Shown: positions 1 to 10,600 of the stretch, piece after piece
How positions within the stretch are numbered: position 1 is the stretch's first letter
How the letters are laid out: each line of letters begins with the position of its first letter
DNA from: a virus
IMG/VR virus record: IMGVR_UViG_3300037851_000452
Span: 41,846-105,845 of that record
Reading direction: 5' to 3' (one strand)
Length of the DNA stretch: 64,000 nucleotides
Notes under the pieces: model-generated
What the model saw: the letters and a program-made list of their open reading frames with translations, nothing else
The model's database searches: none
What the model was told of the DNA's origin: nothing
Program-made: the position numbers and the translations under genes

Positions 1-1440
1 AAACACATTTATGCCGGCGGTAGAGGCGAACTCCAAAAAGTTCTCGTTGATTTTTATGGTAGAGATTGTGGCCGTGTCTCCACCATTCACTATCAGCTCT
101 ACTAGGATTCCGTTAACCAGAGCGGAGTCTTGGCCGAACTTAGTGCCGTCAAACACGATAGAACTTGAGCAAAAAACAAACCTCAACTCGTTTAGCGCAA
201 TGTCTATGTCCGCGTCTGCAGCAACTTCAAACACAACGGGGGTAACAGAGCCGTTGACTAATAGACTAGAGGAAGACCCGTTCAAAAGCTTCTGAGTGTA
301 TATGAGCGAAGGGTTAACGGGAGTCTCCGTTCCCAGAGACACTGTGATCGGTACCGAACTCCCCGCTATTGTCACAGACATTGGGTCAGTAGAAAGAGAA
401 CTTCCGACCTCAACCGCGTTTAGGTTCTGAAGATAGACGTCGTCCAAATAAAGAGACGTCTGAGAACCCACAGAGCCCGTATTCTCTATACAGCTAGCCA
501 CAACTAAGGGCTGGTACGGGCCTGGCAAATGTCGCCGGTGTACGGCTACGATCTCGCCGTTTATAGATAACGAAGCGGTCTTACCCGAAAAATCCAGCTC
601 GTATAGATGATAGGAACTAGTCCTACCGGCAGAAGGTATGGTCACCTCAGTGATTTCAGTATCGTTTGCGGAGGAACTAGAGGAGGTTACCAGTTTAACC
701 TTACGATCGTCCGTGCCGTCGAAATACAGAGCCACCCTAGACTGGGCGTTGTCGGGATCGTCAGTTAACCCGATCCTCGCATTCTGGTTGGCTATTCTTT
801 GCGAGATTTTTGCGTACACAGACAATATCAAAGGACAGAAATCGGCGTCTCTCTGAACGTAGGTCTTATTGCTGCTAGAAGTTCCACTAGCAATCACCAA
901 CTCACTGCTAGACACAGAGATAGAGCCAGTTCCCGTAGTAGTCTTCCAGCGGGTCCCTGAAGATGAACCGCTGGTAGTAGACCCGCCATAGGGTTCTGAC
1001 AAAGTCAAAGACGTGTCCGACTCTATAGATTCTACTGGGGCGTAGTAAGATTCTGACGCGGAATCTGGCTTTATGTAGTGGCCTGGGATTAGCTCTTCTG
1101 TAAACTTAGTTCCAGACCCAGTGACTGTAGAGCTGTTGTTAGTGAAACTTAGTGTTCCAGTTAAAGAAGTAGTCAGGCTAGAGCCCGTAAAATCCTCTCT
1201 AAAGGAACCCTCATCTGTAAGTACCTGAGACCTGGTCCTTAAATGGTTTTCTATGTCCAGAGTTACGTTGGTAGTCTCCCCTGTAGGTCGGTCTGAGTCT
1301 TCAGGGGCATACCCCGTGTACAGGTCTCCGGACACTGGTTGGGGGGTGGTCCCGGTGGTATCGGTCCTAACCGGATTAGACTCTACGCCCTTTTCCTGGC
1401 CGTCTGTTCCAAACAATATGGCAGCCGGAGAATTGCTCAT
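1..1440 (-). CDS. Virion structural / tail-fibre-like protein (3' partial, runs off window start)
   Basis: ATG at 1440 overlaps the TGA of the upstream gene (ATGA). The frame reads MSNSPAAILFGTDGQEKG...SFTNNSSTVTGSGTKFTEEL, Ser/Thr/Gly-rich with a TVTGSGTxF motif typical of tail fibres. Absent from the ORF track, presumably because it has no stop in the window. Confidence 0.7.
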   Translation of the reverse strand, partial: MSNSPAAILFGTDGQEKGVESNPVRTDTTGTTPQPVSGDLYTGYAPEDSDRPTGETTNVTLDIENHLRTRSQVLTDEGSFREDFTGSSLTTSLTGTLSFTNNSSTVTGSGTKFTEELIPGHYIKPDSASESYYAPVESIESDTSLTLSEPYGGSTTSGSSSGTRWKTTTGTGSISVSSSELVIASGTSSSNKTYVQRDADFCPLILSVYAKISQRIANQNARIGLTDDPDNAQSRVALYFDGTDDRKVKLVTSSSSSANDTEITEVTIPSAGRTSSYHLYELDFSGKTASLSINGEIVAVHRRHLPGPYQPLVVASCIENTGSVGSQTSLYLDDVYLQNLNAVEVGSSLSTDPMSVTIAGSSVPITVSLGTETPVNPSLIYTQKLLNGSSSSLLVNGSVTPVVFEVAADADIDIALNELRFVFCSSSIVFDGTKFGQDSALVNGILVELIVNGGDTATISTIKINENFLEFASTAGINVF

Positions 1441-2162
1441 GCTATGGTCCTTGTACGATAGGTCTCAAAAACCCCAGAGTACGAGATAGAGTCTGTCACT
1501 GTAGTTTTGACCGTTGTTCCGTCGCTCTCGTACATCTTCCACACTTCTGAGGTAGGAAGCTTGTTCGAGTTCCTGGTGATCGACAACTCTACTATCTTCT
1601 TCAACTTGGAAGAAGACTCCCACCAAATGACTGAAGAAGGAAACGGGTCTGCGGCAGGAAGGGTTTCTTTATAAGCCCCAGACGCAAAACCACCAGCAGG
1701 GCCATCGTCTATAAAGTGGATTAGGTGGCGTAAAGTCTCATGTCCCGAAGATAGCCCGTAGTCCAAATCTTCCAGCACCGATTGTAGATTAGAGCTGGAA
1801 GAAAACACCATATTCGACGAGTCTACTCCAACGCTAAGCGCCCCAGCCCGATACTTAAAATCAGCAGTTCCCCCGGTAGCATCTACGATAGACTCTTTGA
1901 CCGTGAACTGCGTATCGGAAACGACCGAGTCCACCGTATACGTACCCGCGGCGACGTTAGACTCTATGTCTACTACGTCGTCCGGACGGACCTGAAAATC
2001 GTCGTATTCCAACCCGCCAGATACCGTAACGGTCTTGGTGGCAGAGACTACGCTGACTACTGTAACAGAGGACTTGTAGATGTCGTTGCCGTCGCTTAAC
2101 AGCTCCTCGGCATCCACAAAATCGACATCAGAGACGTCTGACCGGGAGATAGTTCCAGGCAC
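1437..2162 (-). CDS. Virion structural protein (beta-rich)
   Basis: 241 aa, S/T/V/D-rich, within the structural operon. Confidence 0.6.
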   Translation of the reverse strand: MPGTISRSDVSDVDFVDAEELLSDGNDIYKSSVTVVSVVSATKTVTVSGGLEYDDFQVRPDDVVDIESNVAAGTYTVDSVVSDTQFTVKESIVDATGGTADFKYRAGALSVGVDSSNMVFSSSSNLQSVLEDLDYGLSSGHETLRHLIHFIDDGPAGGFASGAYKETLPAADPFPSSVIWWESSSKLKKIVELSITRNSNKLPTSEVWKMYESDGTTVKTTVTDSISYSGVFETYRTRTIA

Positions 2163-2165
2163 GAA

Positions 2166-2495
2166 TCACTCCTTGACAGACCCATCGCCCGATTTCTCGT
2201 TCAACCGCTCTTGCTCTTCTAAAGCGGCTTTCTCGCTCTGAGTAATGAAACCGTTGAGCACATTGTAGACCATCGACATAACTAGCGAGAAGGCGGCGGC
2301 GTGCCCGTCCTCAAACGATGCCTGCTCTCGAGCCTTTTGAGCGGCGTTGCTATGCCTAATCCTTTCTCTCTCAGCCTCGTTGAGAATGGATATGAGGGTG
2401 GCCTGAAAGAGGTTTGAGTCCTCCTTCCAGTGACCAGCCCTGACTGCTTCTGTAAGTCTGCCCCTAAGACGAAGAACGTGTTCCGAATGGTCCAT
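2166..2495 (-). CDS. Hypothetical helical protein
   Basis: ORF track; likely start MDHSEH at 2495. Confidence 0.55.
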   Translation of the reverse strand: MDHSEHVLRLRGRLTEAVRAGHWKEDSNLFQATLISILNEAERERIRHSNAAQKAREQASFEDGHAAAFSLVMSMVYNVLNGFITQSEKAALEEQERLNEKSGDGSVKE

Positions 2496-2697
2496 TCTTC
2501 TGTTTTTGCGCCAGATAGTTGGCAATTACAAGACACGGCTCACAGAAGATTCCATACGACTTGGACGTCCCGGTTACTGAGAAAAACCGCGTAGGCTTGC
2601 CTTGATAAATGGCGTCCTCTGGAACGGGATGCCCCGACTGGCAGATTCTGTCAGTCGGGGCATCTACCTGAGAAATGGTCATACCTACGTCAAGCAT
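2464..2697 (-). CDS. Small Cys/His (Zn-binding-like) hypothetical protein
   Basis: CQSGH...CEPC motifs; start abuts stop of 2697..4190. Confidence 0.5.
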   Translation of the reverse strand: MLDVGMTISQVDAPTDRICQSGHPVPEDAIYQGKPTRFFSVTGTSKSYGIFCEPCLVIANYLAQKQKNGPFGTRSSS

Positions 2698-4190
2698 CAG
2701 GTCTTCACGAAGTAGCTGATGTGATCGCCTGCCCTAATCTTGGTGTAGGGCGTGATAGAGGTCGTTGACGTTTCGTCGTAATCGTTACCACCAGTAACGG
2801 GCCCTGGGTCACGAAGCAGGCCTCGCCAAAACACCCAAAGGTTGCGGCCGTTGTTGGTGGCGTCGATTGTGTACGACAGACTGCCAGGCAGCGTATGCTC
2901 CGTGCCTGCGTTGATGTCTGAAGATAACCGCTCGATAGTCCGCACAAAGCTGGTGATGCCGGCAATGGCCGTAGCCAGCTCTTGAAGGCTCTCCGTTACC
3001 GTATCGCCGCTTCCCAAAATGGCCCCAATGTAGGTCCTGTTGCCAATCTGCGCGTTGATAGTGTTGAGAGCCTCGACGATGGACGGAGTAACGTCTGGCA
3101 GGTCGCTGAAGACGAAGTAGTTGCCCGTATTCGTCAACAGGCCAGCCAGGCTGGTTGCGCCATCCGTAAAGGCCGCGTCGATGGTGGTGCGGATATCCTT
3201 GATGTCCTGAGCAAGGTCCGCATCAGACTGGATACCAGAAGCAAGAACAACCCGAAGGTCGTTCTCACTCATCTGGTCCATGCGAACGCGGAACCCGTAG
3301 AACATGTCAACCGTGGTAGGTTGGCCGGACTCCCAGGTATAGGCTACCGACGTCGAGAGAGCTGCGCCCTTCGCGACCGCCCTGAACTCCACTTCCACGC
3401 TGTTAGGGCTAGTGCTTGTAGAACCTGCTCTCGTACGGCCGTAAATGCGCTTGCCAGCATCACCACCTGAGAGAACCTCCAAAGCCGACTCGGTGGCCGG
3501 GTCAATGATCTCAACGTACGTAGCAACGTGGTCCCCAGCATCGGAACCGTCGAAGATCGGCACTCCCGTACGGTCAGTTGCGTCCGCGTGCTTGAGGTTT
3601 CCGGTGTCCGTGATGAGCTGGAACGTCGTAGAGGTGGTTACTGACTGCGCCGACTGCTTACGGTTAACAACCAAAGCCTTGGCGTCCAAGCTCTTCCCGG
3701 CCAAGTTGCTCAGATTTGCCGGAACCGAGGTGCCGACAGCCGTGGGCCGCTGATAGGTAGGAACCGCAGCGTAGTAGTTGACGCCCTTGATAGCGGCGCG
3801 GTCGGTTCGAGCAAAGTTGATGTCGTCTTGGAGAGAGTAGGGCTCCCTCTCCACCCAAGCTATCGTCGGATTTCCGGAGTCAGCGCCTGTGTGTACCGAG
3901 CTATCTATCGTAACACTGGTTGCGCTGATGTACGAGTCGATGAGGTAGGTTCCCGGGTGGTCGCCATTCGACACGGTCAGGAAACGACCAACAGAGGCGG
4001 TCGACATCCCCGTAAGGCCTGTGACCGTTACGACGCCGCCGCTTTCGTTGATGCTGGCAGCCGAGCCCGATTGACCCGATACCGCCGCGCCGAGAGATGA
4101 GTTCTCGTCGGCCAGGGTCATGGACGCTGATTTGACCAGTGACCCAGCAATGTCTAGGGCCTGATCCAGGGCGTTGAACCTTCGGCTCAT
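2697..4190 (-). CDS. Virion structural protein (tail/neck appendage-like)
   Basis: 497 aa, S/T/G/A-rich, GGAGG RBS. Confidence 0.65.
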   Translation of the reverse strand: MSRRFNALDQALDIAGSLVKSASMTLADENSSLGAAVSGQSGSAASINESGGVVTVTGLTGMSTASVGRFLTVSNGDHPGTYLIDSYISATSVTIDSSVHTGADSGNPTIAWVEREPYSLQDDINFARTDRAAIKGVNYYAAVPTYQRPTAVGTSVPANLSNLAGKSLDAKALVVNRKQSAQSVTTSTTFQLITDTGNLKHADATDRTGVPIFDGSDAGDHVATYVEIIDPATESALEVLSGGDAGKRIYGRTRAGSTSTSPNSVEVEFRAVAKGAALSTSVAYTWESGQPTTVDMFYGFRVRMDQMSENDLRVVLASGIQSDADLAQDIKDIRTTIDAAFTDGATSLAGLLTNTGNYFVFSDLPDVTPSIVEALNTINAQIGNRTYIGAILGSGDTVTESLQELATAIAGITSFVRTIERLSSDINAGTEHTLPGSLSYTIDATNNGRNLWVFWRGLLRDPGPVTGGNDYDETSTTSITPYTKIRAGDHISYFVKT

Positions 4191-4199
4191 GCAAACCTC

Positions 4200-4526
4200 C
4201 TAGGCCGCGTAGTAACTCCCAGTTATTGAGGAGTCTACGTTTGGCGTTAGAGAGACGAAGCAGACTTGGTTGTACCCGAAACCCGGAGCGCTTTCCGCTA
4301 CAAAGTAGTCTCCGTCTTTAGGAGAACGAGTTGGGGAAAACATAAGTCTCCGTCCGTTGTGGTACACCTCTATGCTAAGCCGTCCCGGATCGTGAAAGAA
4401 TATTTCCGGAGTTGTGAACACCCTAGGGTCCGCTGTAGGCGATAGAACTACGTCTGAGCGAAAATACTCCTTCCGTAAAAAAAGGCTGTTAGCCCTATAT
4501 ATAGATAGAGGGTTAAGGAGCTCCAT
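4200..4526 (-). CDS. Hypothetical virion-associated protein
   Basis: 108 aa; VYHNGRRL...GDY motif resembles the C-terminal VFWRGLL...NDY domain of the 497-aa protein. Confidence 0.55.
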   Translation of the reverse strand: MELLNPLSIYRANSLFLRKEYFRSDVVLSPTADPRVFTTPEIFFHDPGRLSIEVYHNGRRLMFSPTRSPKDGDYFVAESAPGFGYNQVCFVSLTPNVDSSITGSYYAA

Positions 4527-4753
4527 TACGCTCTCACAATAAAGTCATCCACTTCCGCTTGAACCAGCTTAGAAATAGCCTCTAGGTTCTTAGTTCCAGC
4601 CTCTGACGCTCCACGTCCTTGAAGCACAGAACGAAGAAAACGAACCTCGTTCTCCAATCGTTCTGATTCTTTTTTAGCCCACTCGTCTACAGCCCTCTTC
4701 AACGCGTCTAGGTTAGCGTCTCGAGTTTCCTTTGAAGGGACCCCAGTGCTCAT
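4526..4753 (-). CDS. Hypothetical protein
   Basis: 75 aa, translationally coupled to neighbours. Confidence 0.55.
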   Translation of the reverse strand: MSTGVPSKETRDANLDALKRAVDEWAKKESERLENEVRFLRSVLQGRGASEAGTKNLEAISKLVQAEVDDFIVRA

Positions 4754-5514
4754 TCTTCCAAGTACTCCTCTAGCTTCTTAGTTATAGAATTCTTAATTCT
4801 CGTAACTTTAGATGGGCTGAACCCAAACTTCTTAGCAATCTCTCCAGGCCTCATCTGGGGTTTACCGTAGTAGCCACCCAGATGGTCAAACACGTTTAGC
4901 TCGTCCGGAGTCAGAGTATACCGAACCATCTTTAAGGCATCGGATTCCTTTGACGGAGATACCGCTGTTGGGTCAAAACTAGAATCCATCCAAGAAAGTC
5001 CGCGCTTCTCAGACTCCATTCTTCCAACTTCAGCCTCAGACCACCCAAGCTTCTCTGACATCTCTAAGGTAGTTGGGTCTCTCCCAAGCTGGTCTTTAAG
5101 GGTGGCGTAGGCGTTGTCCCACATACCCGTCTTATAGTACCGGTTCTCCTGAACTCTAATAGGATCTTGGTATTTGGATATCCAACGCTGAGCCTTTCCC
5201 TTGCTCAAGTTGGTGGTTACCCAAGAGCCAAGCTTAGCCCCTTTGTTAGGGTCGTATGTCTGCAAGGCTACCACGAACTGCTTTTGGAAAGCGGCGTGCA
5301 CCGCTTGAGGAGGCATGTCAGCTCGACTAGCCCAGAAGTTTGCGTTCTTTCGTATAAGAGGCCTAAAGCTCTGCATCAAAGGCTTTAGGTCCTCAGGATT
5401 CTGACCGTTATCTTTCCACTTCTTCCAAAGGTCCAGCTCCCTAAGCTGGGTCTCTTGAAGATCTGTCGGCCCAGCCATGGCCTCCTTCAAAGAAGTATTT
5501 TCGTCGTCGAACAA
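4750..5514 (-). CDS. Phage RNA polymerase sigma factor (sigma70 family, SigB/F/G/FliA-like)
   Basis: Region 2 (ALQTYDPNKGAKLGSWV), region 3 (QLGRDPTTLEMSEKLGWS), region 4 HTH (EIAKKFGFSPSKVTRIK); TTG start with GAGGA RBS. Confidence 0.85.
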   Translation of the reverse strand: MFDDENTSLKEAMAGPTDLQETQLRELDLWKKWKDNGQNPEDLKPLMQSFRPLIRKNANFWASRADMPPQAVHAAFQKQFVVALQTYDPNKGAKLGSWVTTNLSKGKAQRWISKYQDPIRVQENRYYKTGMWDNAYATLKDQLGRDPTTLEMSEKLGWSEAEVGRMESEKRGLSWMDSSFDPTAVSPSKESDALKMVRYTLTPDELNVFDHLGGYYGKPQMRPGEIAKKFGFSPSKVTRIKNSITKKLEEYLEE

Positions 5515-5532
5515 GGCTAAATCCTCGGGTCA

Positions 5533-6237
5533 TTACGAGTTCAATATCCGGTCAACGACTGAAGTAGACTCCCCCGCATAGGGGTGATCTTTCTCGCTCC
5601 CCTTTCTACGAAATCCCCTGCTCGTAGTAAACTTGTCTCCTAAGTATTCTTTCAGATCAGACCGGATTTCTTCAGCCTCCTCCCTAGGCATATATGGGTA
5701 CCCGTCTACCCTAGGATGGGACTCCTCCCCCAACCGCATGTCCTCTTCGTTGACTTCTAGCCTACCGCAGGGACAAACGTCGGAACGGTCCGGTCTGCCA
5801 GTCGTAGGGGTGTTCATATTAGAAACACCCTTATCGTAGTCGTAGTTGCTACGAAGAGTCCTAGACTCGTTTTCCATGCGCAAGTACGCAACCAAAGGGT
5901 CTGTGGAATATTCTTCTGAAGAAGCCAGTTTTGGCATGATGTTTCTTCCTCCGGTGTTTGGCACTATCTCAGAAACGTCAGGGCCAGGAGCCTGAAGCCT
6001 CTTCTTTGAAGGATTAGGACCGACCTCAGCAGAATTCTGAGAAGAAGACAGCAGCTTCTTTGAAAGTCCCAGACTGTCCTGGGTAGGAAACTTGGTACCG
6101 CCTAAAACAGGAAGTCGAAGGTCTTGTCCGGGAACGCTTCCGTGCTTGGCCAAAAAAGTAGAAACACGGTAGGGACGAATGCCCTTTCGTAACTTCCTAG
6201 CCAATAAGACCAGAGACTTGGCAGTCTTTTCGGACAT
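5533..6237 (-). CDS. Hypothetical protein (possible internal virion protein)
   Basis: 234 aa; EKTA and KLAS motifs. Confidence 0.55.
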   Translation of the reverse strand: MSEKTAKSLVLLARKLRKGIRPYRVSTFLAKHGSVPGQDLRLPVLGGTKFPTQDSLGLSKKLLSSSQNSAEVGPNPSKKRLQAPGPDVSEIVPNTGGRNIMPKLASSEEYSTDPLVAYLRMENESRTLRSNYDYDKGVSNMNTPTTGRPDRSDVCPCGRLEVNEEDMRLGEESHPRVDGYPYMPREEAEEIRSDLKEYLGDKFTTSRGFRRKGSEKDHPYAGESTSVVDRILNS

Positions 6238-6244
6238 GTGGACC

Positions 6245-6640
6245 TCAAATCTCTGTTAGTCTTTCTACTTCTTTCGGACTAGAGGATATCGACGGGGCAA
6301 CCGGCCCCAAGCTCCTTAATTCCTTCTCAGCTCGAACCCTGTCTCTGGCATCTTCCAAATTCTTTCTAGAGATAGATAGTCGAGCTGCAGGAAGAAGACC
6401 CCCGGTCACCGCCCCAGTGGCCATTCCCGTAGGAACATACCTCTTAAAAGGTACACCCGTAGGAAGCCATTTGCCCGTAGATGCCTTGTTAGCTGCCATG
6501 CCTATCAAGGGCGTGGCTAAGGCCCCCAAAGCTCCAAACTGGGCAATCTCTTTGGCCTGTTCCGATGGAGATAGCTCGACCCTCTCAGCTATCTTCTCGA
6601 GTTCGTCCAAGAAGGAAGGGACCCAAGAGTCCAAAGTCAT
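6245..6640 (-). CDS. Hypothetical protein with FxDEL-KIA N-terminus and Gly-rich hydrophobic segments
   Basis: FLDELEKIA. Confidence 0.6.
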   Translation of the reverse strand: MTLDSWVPSFLDELEKIAERVELSPSEQAKEIAQFGALGALATPLIGMAANKASTGKWLPTGVPFKRYVPTGMATGAVTGGLLPAARLSISRKNLEDARDRVRAEKELRSLGPVAPSISSSPKEVERLTEI

Positions 6641-6741
6641 TTCTTCTTCCCGTCCCTAAGTCTCATCTTCTTGTCTTCAGTAAGAATCCTGTCGTTGCGC
6701 TTCTTGATCTCTTCCTTACGCTTCTCTTGACGTTCGCTCAT
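6637..6741 (-). CDS. Small basic protein (34 aa)
   Basis: MSERQEKRKEEIKKRNDRILTEDKKMRLRDGKKK; fills the gap and its stop overlaps the next start (ATGA). Confidence 0.5.
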   Translation of the reverse strand: MSERQEKRKEEIKKRNDRILTEDKKMRLRDGKKK

Positions 6742-6742
6742 G

Positions 6743-6955
6743 TCAACCACCCCTCGTAATTACCTCCGGCGGAGGCTCTTCAAGTGCAATCGGGTTATAG
6801 TGAGCGTACGGGGTCTCGTCCTGCGTAAGAAGGTTGCTGTACGGACCTTGACCGTCAGACATACCTTCCAGGTGTTTTTCCCGAACGCGCTGCTCCTCGT
6901 CTAAAATGGAGCTCAGCTCATCAAAGAAAGCCGCCGTTTGGTCAGAGAAAGCCAC
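6743..6955 (-). CDS. Hypothetical protein with FFDEL N-terminus
   Basis: AFFDELSSIL. Confidence 0.55.
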   Translation of the reverse strand: MAFSDQTAAFFDELSSILDEEQRVREKHLEGMSDGQGPYSNLLTQDETPYAHYNPIALEEPPPEVITRGG

Positions 6956-6956
6956 G

Positions 6957-7382
6957 TCACACTCCTACCAAACCAGTCTTAGAAGATCGAATGTGCTTAC
7001 ACTCGTATCCCGGACTGAGACTACCCCTGAATCTCCAATCCGGACAAGTACACGCCAGACCTAGAGACGTTTTTCTAACTTCGTAGGATTTACCAGGAGA
7101 GGTCATACTCCGTACTTTGGTCAAGGTTTGGCCTTTAGCTAGAGCATGCATTCCCAATACATGACGAATGAGCTTTTCGTCCGAATTGGGGTGGCGTGAT
7201 ATAGCGTCTACGAAATTGGGATTGCTGGATCGTTGAACCAGTTTGTCCCATTTCTCGGGTCCGGCCTTTTCAGAGAACTGGTACTCTACGTTTCTCCATA
7301 CACGGGAGCTGACGTCGCTGGGTTTCTCGGCAGCGATCTTTGTTAGTTCGTCAAAGAATGCGTGTAGAAATGCAGGTCTCAC
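6957..7382 (-). CDS. SWIM zinc-finger protein
   Basis: YEV...ACTCPDWRFR...CKHI matches the SWIM CxCx(n)CxH pattern; N-terminal AFFDELTKIA. Confidence 0.75.
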   Translation of the reverse strand: MRPAFLHAFFDELTKIAAEKPSDVSSRVWRNVEYQFSEKAGPEKWDKLVQRSSNPNFVDAISRHPNSDEKLIRHVLGMHALAKGQTLTKVRSMTSPGKSYEVRKTSLGLACTCPDWRFRGSLSPGYECKHIRSSKTGLVGV

Positions 7383-7603
7383 TGCTGCCCTTGGCCTTCG
7401 TACTGCTTTCTAACTTGACGGCCAAGCGCGTAATCTTTAGCCGCCTGCTCTACCTGCTTTCCCGCTACGTAACCGCCGCCCAAAATAGCAGGCCACTTCA
7501 TCTTCTTTACTAAGGCAGCAGCCCTTTCGGCACCAACGCCTGAGGCCTCTTTGCATAGCTCGATTGTAAGAATCTCGTCCATGAACGCCCGCATAGAAAC
7601 CAT
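7379..7603 (-). CDS. Hypothetical protein with FMDEI N-terminus
   Basis: AFMDEIL...KEAS. Confidence 0.55.
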   Translation of the reverse strand: MVSMRAFMDEILTIELCKEASGVGAERAAALVKKMKWPAILGGGYVAGKQVEQAAKDYALGRQVRKQYEGQGQQ

Positions 7604-7612
7604 AGGACACCC

Positions 7613-10600
7613 CTAACCAGAAAGACCACGACTGATTGACAGCTCTGCCACGTACGCCCTGACTCGCTTCCGAGCCTTACCCCGAGGGTCCATCTCTGGA
7701 GAGATAGAAAAGCCATCCTTCCCAGGGTTCAATATGGCTTTACGCTTCAAAGACGCTACCTCCGAAGGAGTAAGGCCGGGAAACAATGCTTTCAAAGCGT
7801 CTTTACCCGCCTGTAGTTCCAACCCTTCTCTATTGGGAAGGCGGACATCCGCATTGTAGTCCCCGAAAGCTCGACTATGGAAGCCTTCCTTGGCCCCCTT
7901 GTTTGGAAGTCCCTTATCGTCGAATTCCAAATCCGCGCTACCGAGTACCTGTACTAGCGTAGCCACAGGACGTTCGGTGTACTCTCTAATAAACTCGTGC
8001 ATGTTCTGTCCCTTGTTCTTCACAATGGAGTACATAAACGTAATAGAATCTACTGCCTCTTCTACAGATCCAGGAACCACCCCCACAGAGTCCTTAGACG
8101 CTACTCTAGTAGAAGCTAGCTTCTTCCCTTTCTCCGACTCAAGACCCGATATCACCTCTTCCGACAGGGCCTTGGCCTGGTCAGACTCTGGGAACATGAT
8201 TGCGTCCGTTATGGCGCTAGTTCCCAAAAGAGGCTTGTATACTTCTGCAGTGATGTTCTTGTTCTTCCAAACGTCAGAGTACCATCCAGGCATAAGAGCG
8301 TCTTCAATAGACGTGTCGTACGTTACCCGTTCTCCGTACTTAACGGGAGACTGAAATTTGAACTCAATACTTGTTGGAAGCATAGCCACGTCGTTTTGCA
8401 CCAGCCCAGCCACAACCAAAGCGTTCCACGTGGTTTCCGATATTCCGTTGGAGTAGATTTCTGAATGGCTAAGCTTAGTCTTTTCCTCAGCCTCAGAAGA
8501 GCCTACCAGCTTAAATCCGTTGAACGGAGGTATGCCCTTAACAATACCACCCGTGGTTAAAGCCCCGGACAGATAGTCCAGGGTCAGGTCTAGCTCGTTT
8601 TCCGTTGAGACTGGCTTGGTGATTCCAGGAACCGTAACTATCCTAACATCAGAAACAGTAGATACAGACCTATTAGTAAGACGCTGAACGTCTACCTTAT
8701 ACGAGATGTATCCGTCCTTAACGCTTTTGGGCTCTCTAAGAAGCATGCCCAAAAACTCATCGTCTATTCCTCGTTGTGTTCTACAATAGGCGAGACTGGC
8801 AGAAGTAGAGGCCCCGCCCTGGGTTATAGAATGAGAGATGCTGACTATCTTTCCTAAAAATTGAGAAGGCCTCCACCTAACCCCTAGAACTTTCTCTACG
8901 GAAGTAACCACCGCAGCTGCAGGCATAGACGTGTTAATAACCAACGCAGGCAACCCTAGAACTAGGTGGGGGTTGAATACACATGACACGTTCATTGAAC
9001 GAGCCGCCCACCGATGCAGGTAAAAGTTAAAGTTAGCCAGCCTCTGCAGATAACCAACACGGCCTGTTCCCGACTCAGAACCTCCATCCTTAAGGGCTTT
9101 GGCGGCCCAACGGTGTCCGTCTGTAACCCACTCAAACTTGGGTATGATTCCGCTATGCAGCTCGTGTGGTAACAGGGTCTTAGAACCCTTAGCCATGCTA
9201 GCACCAAAGAGATTACCCTTAACGTCTTTGATGGAGGGAGAATAGTATGACGTGTTAAAATGCTCAGACCCCCTACCAGAACCGACTATCCATCCGGGAC
9301 CTGCGGTGAGGCAGAGCCTAGACACCTCTCTCATCAAGTTCCTGCTATAAGATAGCTGGAAGTATTGGTCTGGGAAAATGACGTTGCATCTGGGAGGAGA
9401 TACCCAAAATGATTCTGGAAGAAGAAGTTGGGTATACATCCTAGAGGGAGAAGACGGAGATGTTATCTTCTTGTTAAGAGACGCTCTAGACTTGAATCCG
9501 ATGACACCGTCTTTTAACAACGTAACCGCCGACGAGATGTTGGTCTGTATGGATACGACCACCGACTCTTGGGTCTCTTTAACCACCTGACTCTGACCCA
9601 CGCTTTGAGCAAACCCTTCTTGGGAAGCTAGGGCATAAGCGTCGTCTACAAAAAGAGTTGCTTCTTTAAGAGTACGCATGACCTTGTTCTTGTCAGATGA
9701 CTTAGACTTGGATGTGTTCTCCTGGATTTTGACTAGAGCAGAAGAGGACTCAGAAAGCTTCATAGTAGCAACGGCCAACTCGTCTCTGGAGTTGGTGTTG
9801 ACAAAAGAGTTGTACGACGCCGTCAACTGCTCAACCACAGCCTTGCAAGAGTTCTTAACAGCAACCCCTATTTGATCGTCGAAGAAACCAGGGCTCCAGG
9901 TCTCTTTAATACCAGGACCTTTAGACTCTACGTAGTACGGGCACGTATTGGGGTAGATGTTGTGGAATATCATCTGGCAAATGTGGTTGATGATGTCTCT
10001 AAAAGACAGCATCGTACCCATAGACATCATTCCGTTTCGCAGCCAGCTTATAAAGGCCCGGCTGGCATACAACTTTGCAGAGGTGTCGTCTTTCTCCACA
10101 GCCCCCAGCATACCCATCAAGTTGTATCGAAGCTCCGCTATGGTAAAAAAGTCGTTGACCCCGTTGAACCCCGGGTTGGCGCCGTCCAGGTAACGTATCC
10201 CAGAAATAGCCTCCAGGACGTGGATGATTCCTCCTAACAGCCCTTTGGTATTTCTGTAGTCCGCAGATCGCGGCTTAGTGGTAATGACCTCACCAATTAC
10301 CCACTGATGTCCCCCTGACACAGAATCGAACGTACCTTCTCCCGCGGCAACAAAGTTTTTCCTCTTGTCGCTAAACATGTTTCCGTCTGGAGAGTAGTCC
10401 GTAAACCACTGGTAGGCCGTGTCCCAATAAGACGACAGGTCCATACACTGAAGAACGAGCTGTCTGGTTCCAGGGTCCTTGCCGTAGTTTATCCCTATGA
10501 CTTCTCCACAGAAAAGCAGACGATATTTCTCGTCAGCAGCGTCAAACCGGTTGCTGTTGTCTTCAGAAGTTACTTCAGAGATAGGCCCACCCATAGAGAG

